Shown here in pieces: positions 48,666 through 57,890 of a stretch of DNA of 64,000 nucleotides. Source of the stretch: an uncultured Chitinophagales bacterium. GTDB lineage: Bacteria > Bacteroidota > Bacteroidia > Chitinophagales > JADIYW01. The notes beneath the pieces were generated by a model. The model ran no database searches. It was not told the origin of the DNA and saw only the letters and a list, made by a program, of their open reading frames with translations. The translations under genes were made by a program, and so were the position numbers. Each line of letters opens with the position of its first letter. Position 1 is the stretch's first letter. The DNA is taken from the NCBI GenBank assembly GCA_964653095.1, contig CAZZEH010000007.1:27884-91883 (forward strand), read 5' to 3'.

Positions 48666-51038
48666 TTATTTGTTTTTCACTTCGGGACAATATTTCTTTA
48701 ACGCATTTCGGGCTTTTATATGACCTTTCTCCAAAGCAAGTGATAAATTCTCACAGGCTTCTTCCCGGCTGTCCAATTCCGCTCCCGATACACCTAAGTT
48801 ATAATACACATCTTTTGTTTTATCTCCGAGCTGTAATGCTTTTTTGGCATCGCGGTATGCCTGTCTGAAATCTTCTTTGTCCAGATAGATAGATGACCGA
48901 TTGATATAGTCCCGGGCATAGGAAGGGTCTAATTTTATCGCCTGATTGATATCCAACAAAGCCTCATCATACTCTCTGAAATTAAATTTTATAAACCCTC
49001 TGTTTGAAAAAGCGGTGGCATACGTGCTGTCCAACTCTATTGCTTTGTCTAAATCTTCCAGCGCACCTTTCAAATCTCCGGCAGAAGCTTTAAGACTGCC
49101 CCTGTTGGCCCAGCCCAACATATAATTCGGATATCTTTTAATCAGTTCTTCACTATCTTTCATGGCACTTTTAATCTCCCCTTTCATCGTTTTAATGTTG
49201 ATACGATTAGCCAATGCGAGGCGATTGTTTGGATTTAATTCAATAGCCTTATCATAGTCTTCCAAGGCTTCTTTGTATTTTTTTTGGTCGTAGTAGAGAT
49301 TGCCTCTGAGAGAATAAGCTTTTGCATAATCCGGATTTAAGCTAAGAGCAAGGTTACAGTCATCAATTCCTTCCTCCGGTCTATTTAAGTCTCTCAGTGT
49401 CTGAGCTCTGCCTGTATATAAAGCAGCGTCTTTTCTGTCTGCATAAATGGCTTTGTTCCAATCTTTATGTGCAGACATAAAATCTCTCATACCATCCGAC
49501 ACTTTTGCCCTTGTCTCCCATACTATCGGCTCTTTGGGATTAACCCGGACTGCTTTATCTGCTATTTTGTATGCTTTCTTTAGATCTCCCGTTTCCAGTT
49601 CACACAAAGCCAAACCGCATAAAGCCCAAATAGAAAGTGAATCTTTTTTCAGGGCTGTTTCAAAGCTGTTTCTTGCTTCTGAAACCTTTTTTAGTCCTAA
49701 ATACGCTACTCCTTCGGCAATAAATCCTTCGGCAGAAGCCGGATGAAGGGCTTGTGGAGCTTTGGCATCAGTCAGGGCCTCATTAAAATGATTGGTTTTG
49801 GATCTTAGAATAGACCGGAATGCTAAAACTTCGGCATGTTGCGGTAAAATAATTGCGGCTTTTTGTATGTCTCTGTATGCGCTTAGGTAGTCATGTGCAC
49901 GGTATTGCTTTATCGCCGAAGCCCATAAGGCATACCCATTCCCCACATCAAGATTTAGAGCTTTCGCGGCATCCGAATTTAGTTCCTGAATCTGATATTG
50001 CGTGTTTTCAATTAACGCTCTGACTGCATAAGCTTCACTTAAGTTTTCATCAAGCCGGATAGCCCGATTTACAGAAGCAGAGGCCTCAAGCCTATCGCCG
50101 GAGATTAAGAGAGTAATTGCTTTCCATACATGAGACTCGGCATACTCAGAGTCCAGTTCGATGGCTTTGTTCAAACTTTTAAGTGCCTGTTTCAATTCAT
50201 AAGTTCTGTATTGAGCATATCCCAAAAACATATAGGCTAAAGCTGTCTCCGGCTGAAGTGAAATAGATTTTTCAGCATTTAATTTCGCCTGAATAAAATC
50301 ATTATCTGCATTGGCAATACCTGCAAGATATGCATAAGCCAATGAGGAAGACGGAGACAGTTTGATATTTTGTTCGAAGTCTTTTTTGGCATCTTTAAAT
50401 TGTTTTAGTCTGAATTGTGCAATTCCTCTATGCATAAATGCCAACGGCTGAGACCGATCCAAATCAATACTCCTCGACAAATCCCGTACAGCCTCCCTAA
50501 ATTCACTAAGCTGATTTTTTGCAACTCCCCGAAACAAATAGGCCTGAGCATCTTTCGAGTTGATTGAAATAACTTTGGTGTAATCCTGTATAGCAAGATT
50601 ATAGTCTTTTAGTATCAGATAAGTTCCTGCACGATTCCTCAGGGCTTTGGCATTTCTCCCGTTAAAACTCAGGGCTTTATTAAAATCATCTAATGCCGAA
50701 GTATAATTTCCTAAGTCGTAAAATACACTCCCTCTGTTGATATACGCATTTTCAAATGATTTATTTAAAAGAATAGCCTGATTAAAATCTGACAAGGCTG
50801 CCTGTAAGTTTCTCAGTTCGTAGTGGGATGTACCCCGGTTATTATATGCTTCCGCAAATACTGAATCGGCCTCAATTGCTTTTGTAAACAATGTGATCGA
50901 TTCTTCGAGATGACCGGCATCTTTTTTCTTAATTCCCTCATTATAAAGATTCCGGGCAGTCTGTCCGTAAACAGAAGTACACAGAAAAGCAATTAATAAC
51001 GCGGCAGAGATAAAACGCATTTTCCTTAATAAAATCAT
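48666..51038 (-). CDS. secreted multi-TPR protein
   Basis: 790 aa with a signal peptide and about 20 consecutive 34-residue TPR units ('A...Y..RG..Y......AL.DF..AI.L.P'). Confidence 0.75.
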   Translation of the reverse strand: MILLRKMRFISAALLIAFLCTSVYGQTARNLYNEGIKKKDAGHLEESITLFTKAIEADSVFAEAYNNRGTSHYELRNLQAALSDFNQAILLNKSFENAYINRGSVFYDLGNYTSALDDFNKALSFNGRNAKALRNRAGTYLILKDYNLAIQDYTKVISINSKDAQAYLFRGVAKNQLSEFREAVRDLSRSIDLDRSQPLAFMHRGIAQFRLKQFKDAKKDFEQNIKLSPSSSLAYAYLAGIANADNDFIQAKLNAEKSISLQPETALAYMFLGYAQYRTYELKQALKSLNKAIELDSEYAESHVWKAITLLISGDRLEASASVNRAIRLDENLSEAYAVRALIENTQYQIQELNSDAAKALNLDVGNGYALWASAIKQYRAHDYLSAYRDIQKAAIILPQHAEVLAFRSILRSKTNHFNEALTDAKAPQALHPASAEGFIAEGVAYLGLKKVSEARNSFETALKKDSLSIWALCGLALCELETGDLKKAYKIADKAVRVNPKEPIVWETRAKVSDGMRDFMSAHKDWNKAIYADRKDAALYTGRAQTLRDLNRPEEGIDDCNLALSLNPDYAKAYSLRGNLYYDQKKYKEALEDYDKAIELNPNNRLALANRINIKTMKGEIKSAMKDSEELIKRYPNYMLGWANRGSLKASAGDLKGALEDLDKAIELDSTYATAFSNRGFIKFNFREYDEALLDINQAIKLDPSYARDYINRSSIYLDKEDFRQAYRDAKKALQLGDKTKDVYYNLGVSGAELDSREEACENLSLALEKGHIKARNALKKYCPEVKNK

Positions 51039-51163
51039 ATCTGTCTAATTAACTATTTTAAAAAACAACAAAAATGCCAATTTGAAGCACTCATAAAATT
51101 AGCGATTTCTTAAGGTTTTTGTTCATTTTAAGCATTTGAAAAGGAATGATAGCAAGAACTTCT

Positions 51164-51171
51164 TATTTTTG
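51164..51171 (+). promoter_or_regulatory. putative -7 promoter box (TATTTTTG)
   Basis: Exact TAnnTTTG lying inside the ORF-track model (start 51146). This favours the ATG at 51188. Confidence 0.4.
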
Positions 51172-51187
51172 TACAATAACTCATGAA

Positions 51188-51847
51188 ATGAATCTGAAGA
51201 AAATTTATATTAAAAACAGACTATTCCTTTCTTTTGCAATAGTTCTTGCAGGATTAATTATACATTTTAGTATTTATAAAGGCTATCAGTGGTCCTGGAT
51301 GTTTTATCTGTTTGGTGTCGTTTTATTGTTGTGGGACCTGCTTATCGGACCTATGCGATATATACAGCAATTGGTCGAAGGTGGAGATATTGATACCGCA
51401 AAAGAAGTGATTGCAACAGTCAGATTTCCTAAATTGTTAATTAAGCCGGTACGTTCAGGATACTATCTGCTTCTTTCCAATCTGGATATGATGAGTGAAA
51501 ATTATGAGCAGGCAGAAAAAAATATCCGAAAAAGTCTCAGTACCAAGAGTGATATGATGAAAGGATATAACGGAGTATCCTATTTGCAGCTCGGTGCTAT
51601 TTCTTTAAAAAAGGGAAATCTGAAAGAGGCATATTCCCAACTGAAAGAAGCTGTCAAATTAGGTCTGCCGGACAAAGAAAACGAAGCGACGGCCTATGTG
51701 CAGTTATCTTCAATCTGTGTGCAAAGGCAGGATTACAGAGCTGCGAAAATGTATTTCAGAAAGGCTAAAAAACTCAATCCAAAAACTCCTGAAATTGTCA
51801 GTTCCATCAAAGAAATGGAAAAGTATATGTCCAGAATTCCGGGGTAA
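51188..51847 (+). CDS. membrane protein with C-terminal TPR-like region
   Basis: Starts 'MNLKKIYIKNRLF'. Two TM helices, then TPR-like 'AYSQLKEAVKLG...AKMYFRKAKKLNP'. Confidence 0.5.
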   Translation: MNLKKIYIKNRLFLSFAIVLAGLIIHFSIYKGYQWSWMFYLFGVVLLLWDLLIGPMRYIQQLVEGGDIDTAKEVIATVRFPKLLIKPVRSGYYLLLSNLDMMSENYEQAEKNIRKSLSTKSDMMKGYNGVSYLQLGAISLKKGNLKEAYSQLKEAVKLGLPDKENEATAYVQLSSICVQRQDYRAAKMYFRKAKKLNPKTPEIVSSIKEMEKYMSRIPG

Positions 51848-51890
51848 ATCTTTTACGAAGAAAACTTCTTAAAGTATTCTAACCTTTCTG

Positions 51891-52292
51891 CTACCACAGA
51901 TAAACAGACCATCTGTGTTCAAATTCTATCCAAAAAATCCAGGCTAAACCTGCTCCGGTAAGATTGGCGAGTACGTCATACCAATCCACGGAAGAACGTC
52001 CGACATATTGCTGCAAATATTCAATAAAAACACCCAAAATCAATACAGCTGCAATTGATGATACAAATATTTTCGCTCTGTTTTGTGTAAGCTCTCCAAT
52101 ACCTTTAGCCCTCCAGACTAATAATGTCCAGGTGCCAAAATGCATCATCATGTGTACCCATTTGTCAAAAAATATTTTCTCCAAAAAATCATTTGTTTTA
52201 AAAGAACTGGCAGGAAGCAGACAAAGGTAGAGTACAAGAGATATGTATGCGGTCAATACAAGCCATCGAAGGGCGGAAGATTGAAAAAACAT
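51891..52292 (-). CDS. VanZ-family membrane protein
   Basis: 133 aa, 4 TM helices, 'DKWVHMMMHFG' and a C-terminal 'DVLANLTGAGLAW' typical of VanZ-like proteins. Confidence 0.65.
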   Translation of the reverse strand: MFFQSSALRWLVLTAYISLVLYLCLLPASSFKTNDFLEKIFFDKWVHMMMHFGTWTLLVWRAKGIGELTQNRAKIFVSSIAAVLILGVFIEYLQQYVGRSSVDWYDVLANLTGAGLAWIFWIEFEHRWSVYLW

Positions 52293-52300
52293 CGCTGTTA

Positions 52301-52330
52301 AAAATAAAAAAGCCGCGGAAGGTCGCGGCT
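52301..52330 (-). terminator. rho-independent terminator after gcvH
   Basis: On the minus strand: stem AGCCGCG / CGCGGCT with a 6-nt loop, followed by TTTTTTATTTT. Confidence 0.75.
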
Positions 52331-52352
52331 GTGGTTTACTGATGATGCCGAA

Positions 52353-52733
52353 TTATCCGCTTATAATATTTTTATAGCCCTCAGCATCTAATAAGTTTTC
52401 CATTTCTGATGCGTCTGAAACTTTTAATTTTATCATCCAACCGTCTCCGTACGGATCAGTATTGACAAGTTCCGGTTCATCCGCCAACTTTTCGTTTACT
52501 TCAATAATTTCACCGGATAGCGGAAGGAATAAATCAGATACAGTTTTGACTGCTTCCACAGTGCCAAAAATCTCATCCGAATCCAATTCTTCACCAAGAG
52601 TTTCAATATCTACATAAATGATATCGCCCAATTCGCTTTGAGCAAAATCCGTAATGCCAATTACAGCAATATCGCCATCTAAGCGCACCCATTCATGTTC
52701 TTTGGAATACTTTAAATCTGCAGGAATATTCAT
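52353..52733 (-). CDS. gcvH: glycine cleavage system protein H
   Basis: 126 aa. Lipoyl-lysine region 'GTVEAVKTVSDL' and 'KYSKEHEWV'. Confidence 0.93.
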   Translation of the reverse strand: MNIPADLKYSKEHEWVRLDGDIAVIGITDFAQSELGDIIYVDIETLGEELDSDEIFGTVEAVKTVSDLFLPLSGEIIEVNEKLADEPELVNTDPYGDGWMIKLKVSDASEMENLLDAEGYKNIISG

Positions 52734-52779
52734 AATGTTTATTTTGGTACTAAAATAAAATATAAAATTGACAATATCG

Positions 52780-53577
52780 CTAAAACCTTCTTTGTCTTAA
52801 CATTTCATACAGCAAAACTGCCGCAGTTGCAGAAACGTTCAGAGAATCATTCATACCGAGCATAGGTAAAATAATATTTTGACTGGACTCATCTTCCCAA
52901 ATGGAATCGACTCCAATAGCCTCCGTTCCGAGTACAAAAGCCGTTTTTTGCGTAAAATCTTCCTGATAGTACGGTACAGAAGCTTTTAATGAAGCTGTCA
53001 AAATTCTGAAGCCGTTGGACTTGAGCCATTCTAACGTAGTTTCTCTGTCCGATATCGCAATTTGGACTCCAAATACACATCCCACGCTTGATCGAATTAC
53101 ATTGGGATTATATATATCCGTCGCTACATCACAACAAATTACTGCATCTATACCTGTCGCATCAGCCGTTCTTAATACCGCACCGAGATTTCCCGGTTTT
53201 TCTATTGCATCTAATACTACCACAACAGGATTTTTACTCAGCTTCAAATCTTCCAACTGATGCGTTTTAGATTTGGCTACTGCTATCGCACCCGAGGTTA
53301 CTCCCCGATAAGACAGTTTGTCAAAAATATTTCTGAACACCAAAACACTTTCGGGCCGCTCTTCCGGCCATAAAATATCTAATTCTTTTTTGTACATCGA
53401 GCCGTCCCGAACAAACAACTGCTGTATAGAATACCCTGAATCTTTTGCCATCAGAATTTCTTTCCATCCGTCAATCACAAACTGTCCGGACGCTCTCCTG
53501 AGTCTGGATTTATCCATTAAGAGACGGAGTTCTTTTATTCTTTTATTTTGCAAACTGCTAATCGCAAAGGACATCAC
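52780..53577 (-). CDS. TrmH/SpoU-family RNA 2'-O-methyltransferase
   Basis: 265 aa. SpoU motifs 'PGNLGAVLRTA', 'VLGTEAIGV', 'IPMLGMNDSLNVSATAAVLLYE'. Confidence 0.85.
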   Translation of the reverse strand: MMSFAISSLQNKRIKELRLLMDKSRLRRASGQFVIDGWKEILMAKDSGYSIQQLFVRDGSMYKKELDILWPEERPESVLVFRNIFDKLSYRGVTSGAIAVAKSKTHQLEDLKLSKNPVVVVLDAIEKPGNLGAVLRTADATGIDAVICCDVATDIYNPNVIRSSVGCVFGVQIAISDRETTLEWLKSNGFRILTASLKASVPYYQEDFTQKTAFVLGTEAIGVDSIWEDESSQNIILPMLGMNDSLNVSATAAVLLYEMLRQRRF

Positions 53578-53641
53578 TAATTTTAAGAATCTAAATTACA
53601 AGGTATTTCAACAATCCCGTACATTAGAGAAGATTTTGGCT

Positions 53642-54220
53642 ATGGAAAAGAAAAGATGTGCCTGGAGTACCGGCTCCGAAATTTACAGAAAATATCATGA
53701 TTTTGAATGGGGAGTTCCTCAGTATAATGACAGAGTCTTATTTGAGTTTTTGGTTTTGGAAGGTGCGCAGGCAGGATTGAGTTGGATTACTATTTTAAAA
53801 AAAAGAGAAGGGTACAGAAAGGCCTTTGCAGATTTCGATTATGAAAAAGTGGCGAAATTTGATGAAAATAAAACAGAAGAACTGAGGCTCAATCCGAACA
53901 TTATCCGCAATCGGCTGAAAATAAAATCCGCAATTAATAATGCCCAAAGGTTTATAGAAATCCGAAAAGAATTTGGTTCTTTTTCCAATTATCTATGGTC
54001 TTTCACTAACGGGTGTATCATACAGAACAGTTGGAGAGATTTATCTGAAGTACCCGTTACCACGGATTTATCCGACCGATTAAGCAAAGATTTGAAAAAA
54101 CGCGGATTTACGTTTGTCGGAAGTACCATCATGTACTCTTATTTACAGGCAATAGGAGTAGTCAATGACCATGTAACAGACTGTTTTAGGTATAAGGAAC
54201 TGTTCAACCCTGCTACTTAA
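53642..54220 (+). CDS. tag: DNA-3-methyladenine glycosylase I
   Basis: 192 aa from 'MEKKRCAWS...YHDFEWGVP', plus 'LEGAQAGLSWITILKKRE'. The upstream part of the ORF-track model is antisense to the trmH-like gene. Confidence 0.9.
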   Translation: MEKKRCAWSTGSEIYRKYHDFEWGVPQYNDRVLFEFLVLEGAQAGLSWITILKKREGYRKAFADFDYEKVAKFDENKTEELRLNPNIIRNRLKIKSAINNAQRFIEIRKEFGSFSNYLWSFTNGCIIQNSWRDLSEVPVTTDLSDRLSKDLKKRGFTFVGSTIMYSYLQAIGVVNDHVTDCFRYKELFNPAT

Positions 54221-54986
54221 ACTCTTTGGGCAGATAAATATAATACAGGGTGTATGATCTGTCTTTGAAATTTGCCCGAACCTCTCTCCCTTCTATATGG
54301 CTCACATCGCTGAGTATAATTGTGTTTCCTGGAAGGTCTCTTGTGAAAGAATAAGGCATTCGGGCTTCGAGATCCAAATTATTATAATGATACAGCGAAT
54401 AAAAATCTACTCCTTTCACAATTCCGAGATAGAAATCTGTCCATTCATCAGGAACATCGTAATCGTATTTGTATTTTTTCCCTGTAATCAGAGGAAATCC
54501 AAATTCTTTGTTGCCAAATATCTTTTGACCATCTTCCGGTTTAAAATATTTGCTTAGCTCAGTCTCCTCTCTGATAGTTACAAACCTTCTCTCATAATCT
54601 TTGTCACCAAATTCATCTGTACTGCAAATAATATATTCACCACCGGGTTTTCCCAATACCCAGTCAATCATTTCCCCTCTGGTACCATAAGCTTCTCCGG
54701 TAAAAAGCCAGTAATTTTTTTCCGGTAAATAAAAAATAGTGATTTGACCTTTCCTGCCATATTCGTCATCTTCTTCCCACTCGTTTTCGTACTCCCAGGT
54801 CCAGCTTTCTTTAAAAATATACTCGACCGTATCTTCGGATTCATAAACGGCATTATATGCGGCTTCTTCTTCAGGCGAGAGATTCGGAAATAAATAACTT
54901 GAATCGGTTTGCATGGAATTGCCGCTTGCCTTACAGGAAAAAAGTAAGGAAATAATGAATGGCAGATATAAAACAGAGGTTCTCAT
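54213..54986 (-). CDS. hypothetical acidic lipoprotein
   Basis: 257 aa. Lipobox 'LLFSC'. Asp/Glu/Tyr/Trp-rich with no recognised motif. Confidence 0.5.
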   Translation of the reverse strand: MRTSVLYLPFIISLLFSCKASGNSMQTDSSYLFPNLSPEEEAAYNAVYESEDTVEYIFKESWTWEYENEWEEDDEYGRKGQITIFYLPEKNYWLFTGEAYGTRGEMIDWVLGKPGGEYIICSTDEFGDKDYERRFVTIREETELSKYFKPEDGQKIFGNKEFGFPLITGKKYKYDYDVPDEWTDFYLGIVKGVDFYSLYHYNNLDLEARMPYSFTRDLPGNTIILSDVSHIEGREVRANFKDRSYTLYYIYLPKEFK

Positions 54987-55147
54987 AGTTTTTTATAAAT
55001 ATAATTATTGTAAAGTGGGGAGGGGTTATAAGGGATTACATTTATTTTGAAAACTATTGCTGTTTACAGTTTAGTACCATAACAGTTGAAAAGTAAACAT
55101 CTTCTTAAAACCCTTTTTTGTTTACTTTTATGCACAAACATCACTAA

Positions 55148-55693
55148 GTGTCAGAAAGCGGAATAATAAAGTCTATTAAAGAAGGCTCTAAAGAAGTTTT
55201 GCAAGGTTTATATACAGAGAATAAAGATGCTTTCGTACAGTTCATTCTTAGCAGATATACCGTGTCAAATGACGATGCTGAAGATATTTATCAGGACGCT
55301 GTAATCGCATTGGTTGAGAATATCAGGAAGGGTAAATTAGATAATATAAACAGTTCTCTGAAAACCTATCTTTTTTCTATTGGTAAATATATGGCTCTGA
55401 AAAAATTTAAAGAACAGCAGAAGACTATAAATACAGAGTTTGGAGTGTTGGCAGAATTTATTGAATGGGAAGAAGATACCTACGCAGACGGAAACGAAGC
55501 TCTTATTCGGCTGATACAGCTCAAGCTGAAAGAAATGAGTCCCGCCTGCAAGAAAATTCTGATTTGGTTTTATTATGAGGAGAAAAGATTGGATGAAATT
55601 GTACAACTCGGTCATTACGCCGGAAAAGACGTGGTAAAAAGTCAAAAATCGCGTTGCCTCGCGGCACTTAAAAAAATGGTGTATGAAAAATAG
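55148..55693 (+). CDS. ECF-type RNA polymerase sigma-70 family factor
   Basis: 181 aa. Region 2-like 'DAEDIYQDAVIALVENI' and region 4 HTH-like 'RLDEIVQLGHYAGKDVVKSQKSRCLAALKK'. Apparent GTG start. Confidence 0.75.
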   Translation: MSESGIIKSIKEGSKEVLQGLYTENKDAFVQFILSRYTVSNDDAEDIYQDAVIALVENIRKGKLDNINSSLKTYLFSIGKYMALKKFKEQQKTINTEFGVLAEFIEWEEDTYADGNEALIRLIQLKLKEMSPACKKILIWFYYEEKRLDEIVQLGHYAGKDVVKSQKSRCLAALKKMVYEK

Positions 55694-56390
55694 TTATGAT
55701 AATTTAATTGAAAAGTTTTTCACCCAAAAACTTTCAGATTCAGAACAAATACAGTTTGATAAACTTTTTCTTGAAAACAGTTCTTTCAGAAAACAAGTTG
55801 AATACGAACTATCTGTAAAAGAGGCTATCAAAAGAAATGAGCGTGCTGAATTAAAAGTTTTTTTACAAAGTCTGAATAAGCCCGAAAAAAGGAATCGTTC
55901 TTATAAAGGGTTGGCTGTGGCGGCATCGCTCACCGGACTCATTCTACTTTTGACTTTTTCTGTGCAGTTTTTTACAAAAGATACACCCGACAAACTTTTT
56001 TCAGAATATTTTCATTCTTACCCAAATATAATCGCTCCGGCGGTCAGAAGTAATTCCGATGTTTCCGATAAAATTGAAGCTTTTGCTTACTATGATTCCG
56101 AAAACTTTGAGCAGGCAGTGACCTCATTCGATGAATTATACTCAAAAAACGGTGAAAGTTACGCGCTTCTCTATGGAGGACTTTCCTGTTTGGAACTTGG
56201 ACAAACAGAAGAAGCCATTAAAAGACTGGAACCTCTATCCGATTCTTCAGAGGCGGCTTCCTGGTATCTCGCGTTAGCTTATTTGAAAAAGAAAGACAAG
56301 GAAAAAGCTATAGAGGTGCTGAGCAGAATACAAGATGAGAACTCGGACTTTTTTGTACAAAGTAAAAGTCTGCTAAACAGATTGAAATAA
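55683..56390 (+). CDS. single-pass membrane protein with C-terminal TPR-like domain (possible anti-sigma factor)
   Basis: Overlaps the sigma gene by 11 nt. Short N-terminal cytoplasmic segment, one TM helix ('LAVAASLTGLILLLTF') and a TPR-like exodomain. Confidence 0.45.
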   Translation: MKNSYDNLIEKFFTQKLSDSEQIQFDKLFLENSSFRKQVEYELSVKEAIKRNERAELKVFLQSLNKPEKRNRSYKGLAVAASLTGLILLLTFSVQFFTKDTPDKLFSEYFHSYPNIIAPAVRSNSDVSDKIEAFAYYDSENFEQAVTSFDELYSKNGESYALLYGGLSCLELGQTEEAIKRLEPLSDSSEAASWYLALAYLKKKDKEKAIEVLSRIQDENSDFFVQSKSLLNRLK

Positions 56391-56418
56391 AATTTGAACC
56401 TGTCCCGCCAATAGAATA

Positions 56419-57111
56419 TTAATTCTTCACTACCTTAAAGGTCTGTGAGTCTGCCGAGTCCCCTATCACTATCGTATATAAGCCGGCACTAAATTTCTTA
56501 AGATTGTACTGCTGTCGATTGTTGGTCACAACTTCAGACAGCACCAACTGTCCGTTGTCTGCATAAATAGAAAGCTTTTTTCCTATTCTGAGACCTTCTA
56601 TCATCACAAAATCAGGAGTTGGATTTGGGTAGATATTAATTTTGCTGTCGGAAATACAATTTACCTCTTCCGAGATAATATTACTGTATTCATAGCTGCC
56701 GTCTAAATCAATCATCTTCAAACGGTAGTACCATGTCTCGCTGCTCAGGCTTTCATCCTCATAGAGATAAGTGCTGTTGTCTCCTTTACTCTCAATCTTA
56801 GCAAATGAGACAAATTCAAGTCCGTTCAGGCTTCGCTGAAGTTCGTAATAGTCAAAATTTTCCTCTGCGGCTGTCTCCCATTGTATTTCTACATCACAAT
56901 CATCCGAATTGGAAGTAAAAGATACGAGTGTCACAGGAAGCTCCGAGGGATTATCCATATCCGAGGCAATATCCGCATTTTGAATACTTACCGTCTGTAA
57001 CATCACAGAGAAAAGTTCCAAACTGTTGTTATTCTGTCCATACACAATGTTGGGACTGTGTACAGCCCCCAATAAAAAAACAACAACTAATATGATTCTA
57101 ATGCTTTTCAT
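56419..57111 (-). CDS. T9SS type A sorting-domain cargo protein
   Basis: 230 aa. Signal peptide, an Ig/FN3-like module ('VEIQWETAAEENFDYYELQRSLNG...WYYRLKMIDLDGSYEYSNII') and the CTD 'IYPNPTPDFVMIEG...GLYTIVIG...TFKVVKN'. Confidence 0.7.
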   Translation of the reverse strand: MKSIRIILVVVFLLGAVHSPNIVYGQNNNSLELFSVMLQTVSIQNADIASDMDNPSELPVTLVSFTSNSDDCDVEIQWETAAEENFDYYELQRSLNGLEFVSFAKIESKGDNSTYLYEDESLSSETWYYRLKMIDLDGSYEYSNIISEEVNCISDSKINIYPNPTPDFVMIEGLRIGKKLSIYADNGQLVLSEVVTNNRQQYNLKKFSAGLYTIVIGDSADSQTFKVVKN

Positions 57112-57795
57112 TTTCTTGTCTTTTTTCGTTTAACATATTTATCCCTATATGAGTTTAGTCTTCAGTCATACGGCTGCAAAATAAGTAATCCGAAGGTTTC
57201 GAGTGTTTCAATAGTTTGTTGTAAAATAATCGAAATCTTACTTTCACTCATTCAATTCATATACTGACAAAAATATACAATCTGTTTGTTTTTTGCCACT
57301 ATAAATGACCAAATTCCGTCGATTATACCGTATCGTTTGGACAAACATATAGACCAATTTAGATTTTATCTCATTTTTCTATTTGTTTGTAACCACGGCA
57401 TAATACCAAAAAAGGTTTCGCTTTATCGGTCTGACTGTCCTGAAATAAAAACCGGAAACCAGAGAAATAGTAGAAAAACTAAGCTTGCTGGTCAAAAAAG
57501 GGTAGTCTAAATGAACTATGCTAAAACTTAAGAAAGCTATTTCAATATTGGAAACTTAAAACTCTCATTACTGCCAGTTAACACTGTCTTAAACTACAGG
57601 CTAAAAAATTGAGATTAAACATCAAAGAATGACTGAATTTAATTGGTTGCCATTATTGAATAGCGTGGCAGGAAAGCAGCTTATTGAGAGTAAACTGTCA
57701 AATTAAAAGCGGGGTTAAAAATTGGACAACAAAAATTGGGTAACACATCGTGTCTGTAGTCTATTAAGACTAATCATAATTCTGAAATAGTATCG

Positions 57796-57803
57796 TATCT
57801 TTG
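57796..57803 (+). promoter_or_regulatory. putative -7 promoter box (TATCTTTG) for the polysaccharide locus
   Basis: Exact TAnnTTTG, 88 nt upstream of the ugd ATG. No clean -33 TTG seen. Confidence 0.4.
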
Positions 57804-57890
57804 CGCACTAAAGGATAATGTTTTAATATTGTGTGCCTGAGTCTAAGTAATATTTTTTGTAAAAACACAGAAATAAAGTACAAAACATAA

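Noticed and set aside
51146-51187. Upstream start for the membrane/TPR protein.
   Set aside because: A TAnnTTTG box (51164-51171) lies inside this extension, and the ATG at 51188 follows it at a normal distance.
53318-53641. N-terminal extension of tag.
   Set aside because: This region is antisense to the trmH-like gene, and Tag homology starts at 'MEKKRCAW' (53642).
57286-57510. A 74-aa ORF inside the long gap upstream of ugd.
   Set aside because: It uses a TTG-type start in the track, has no recognisable domain, has odd composition, and has no promoter box. It is treated as non-coding pending transcript data.
57629-57706. A 25-codon ATG ORF (MTEFNWLPLLNSVAGKQLIESKLSN).
   Set aside because: It is too short and featureless to call, with no supporting promoter or conservation evidence available. 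It is mentioned only within the long-gap finding.
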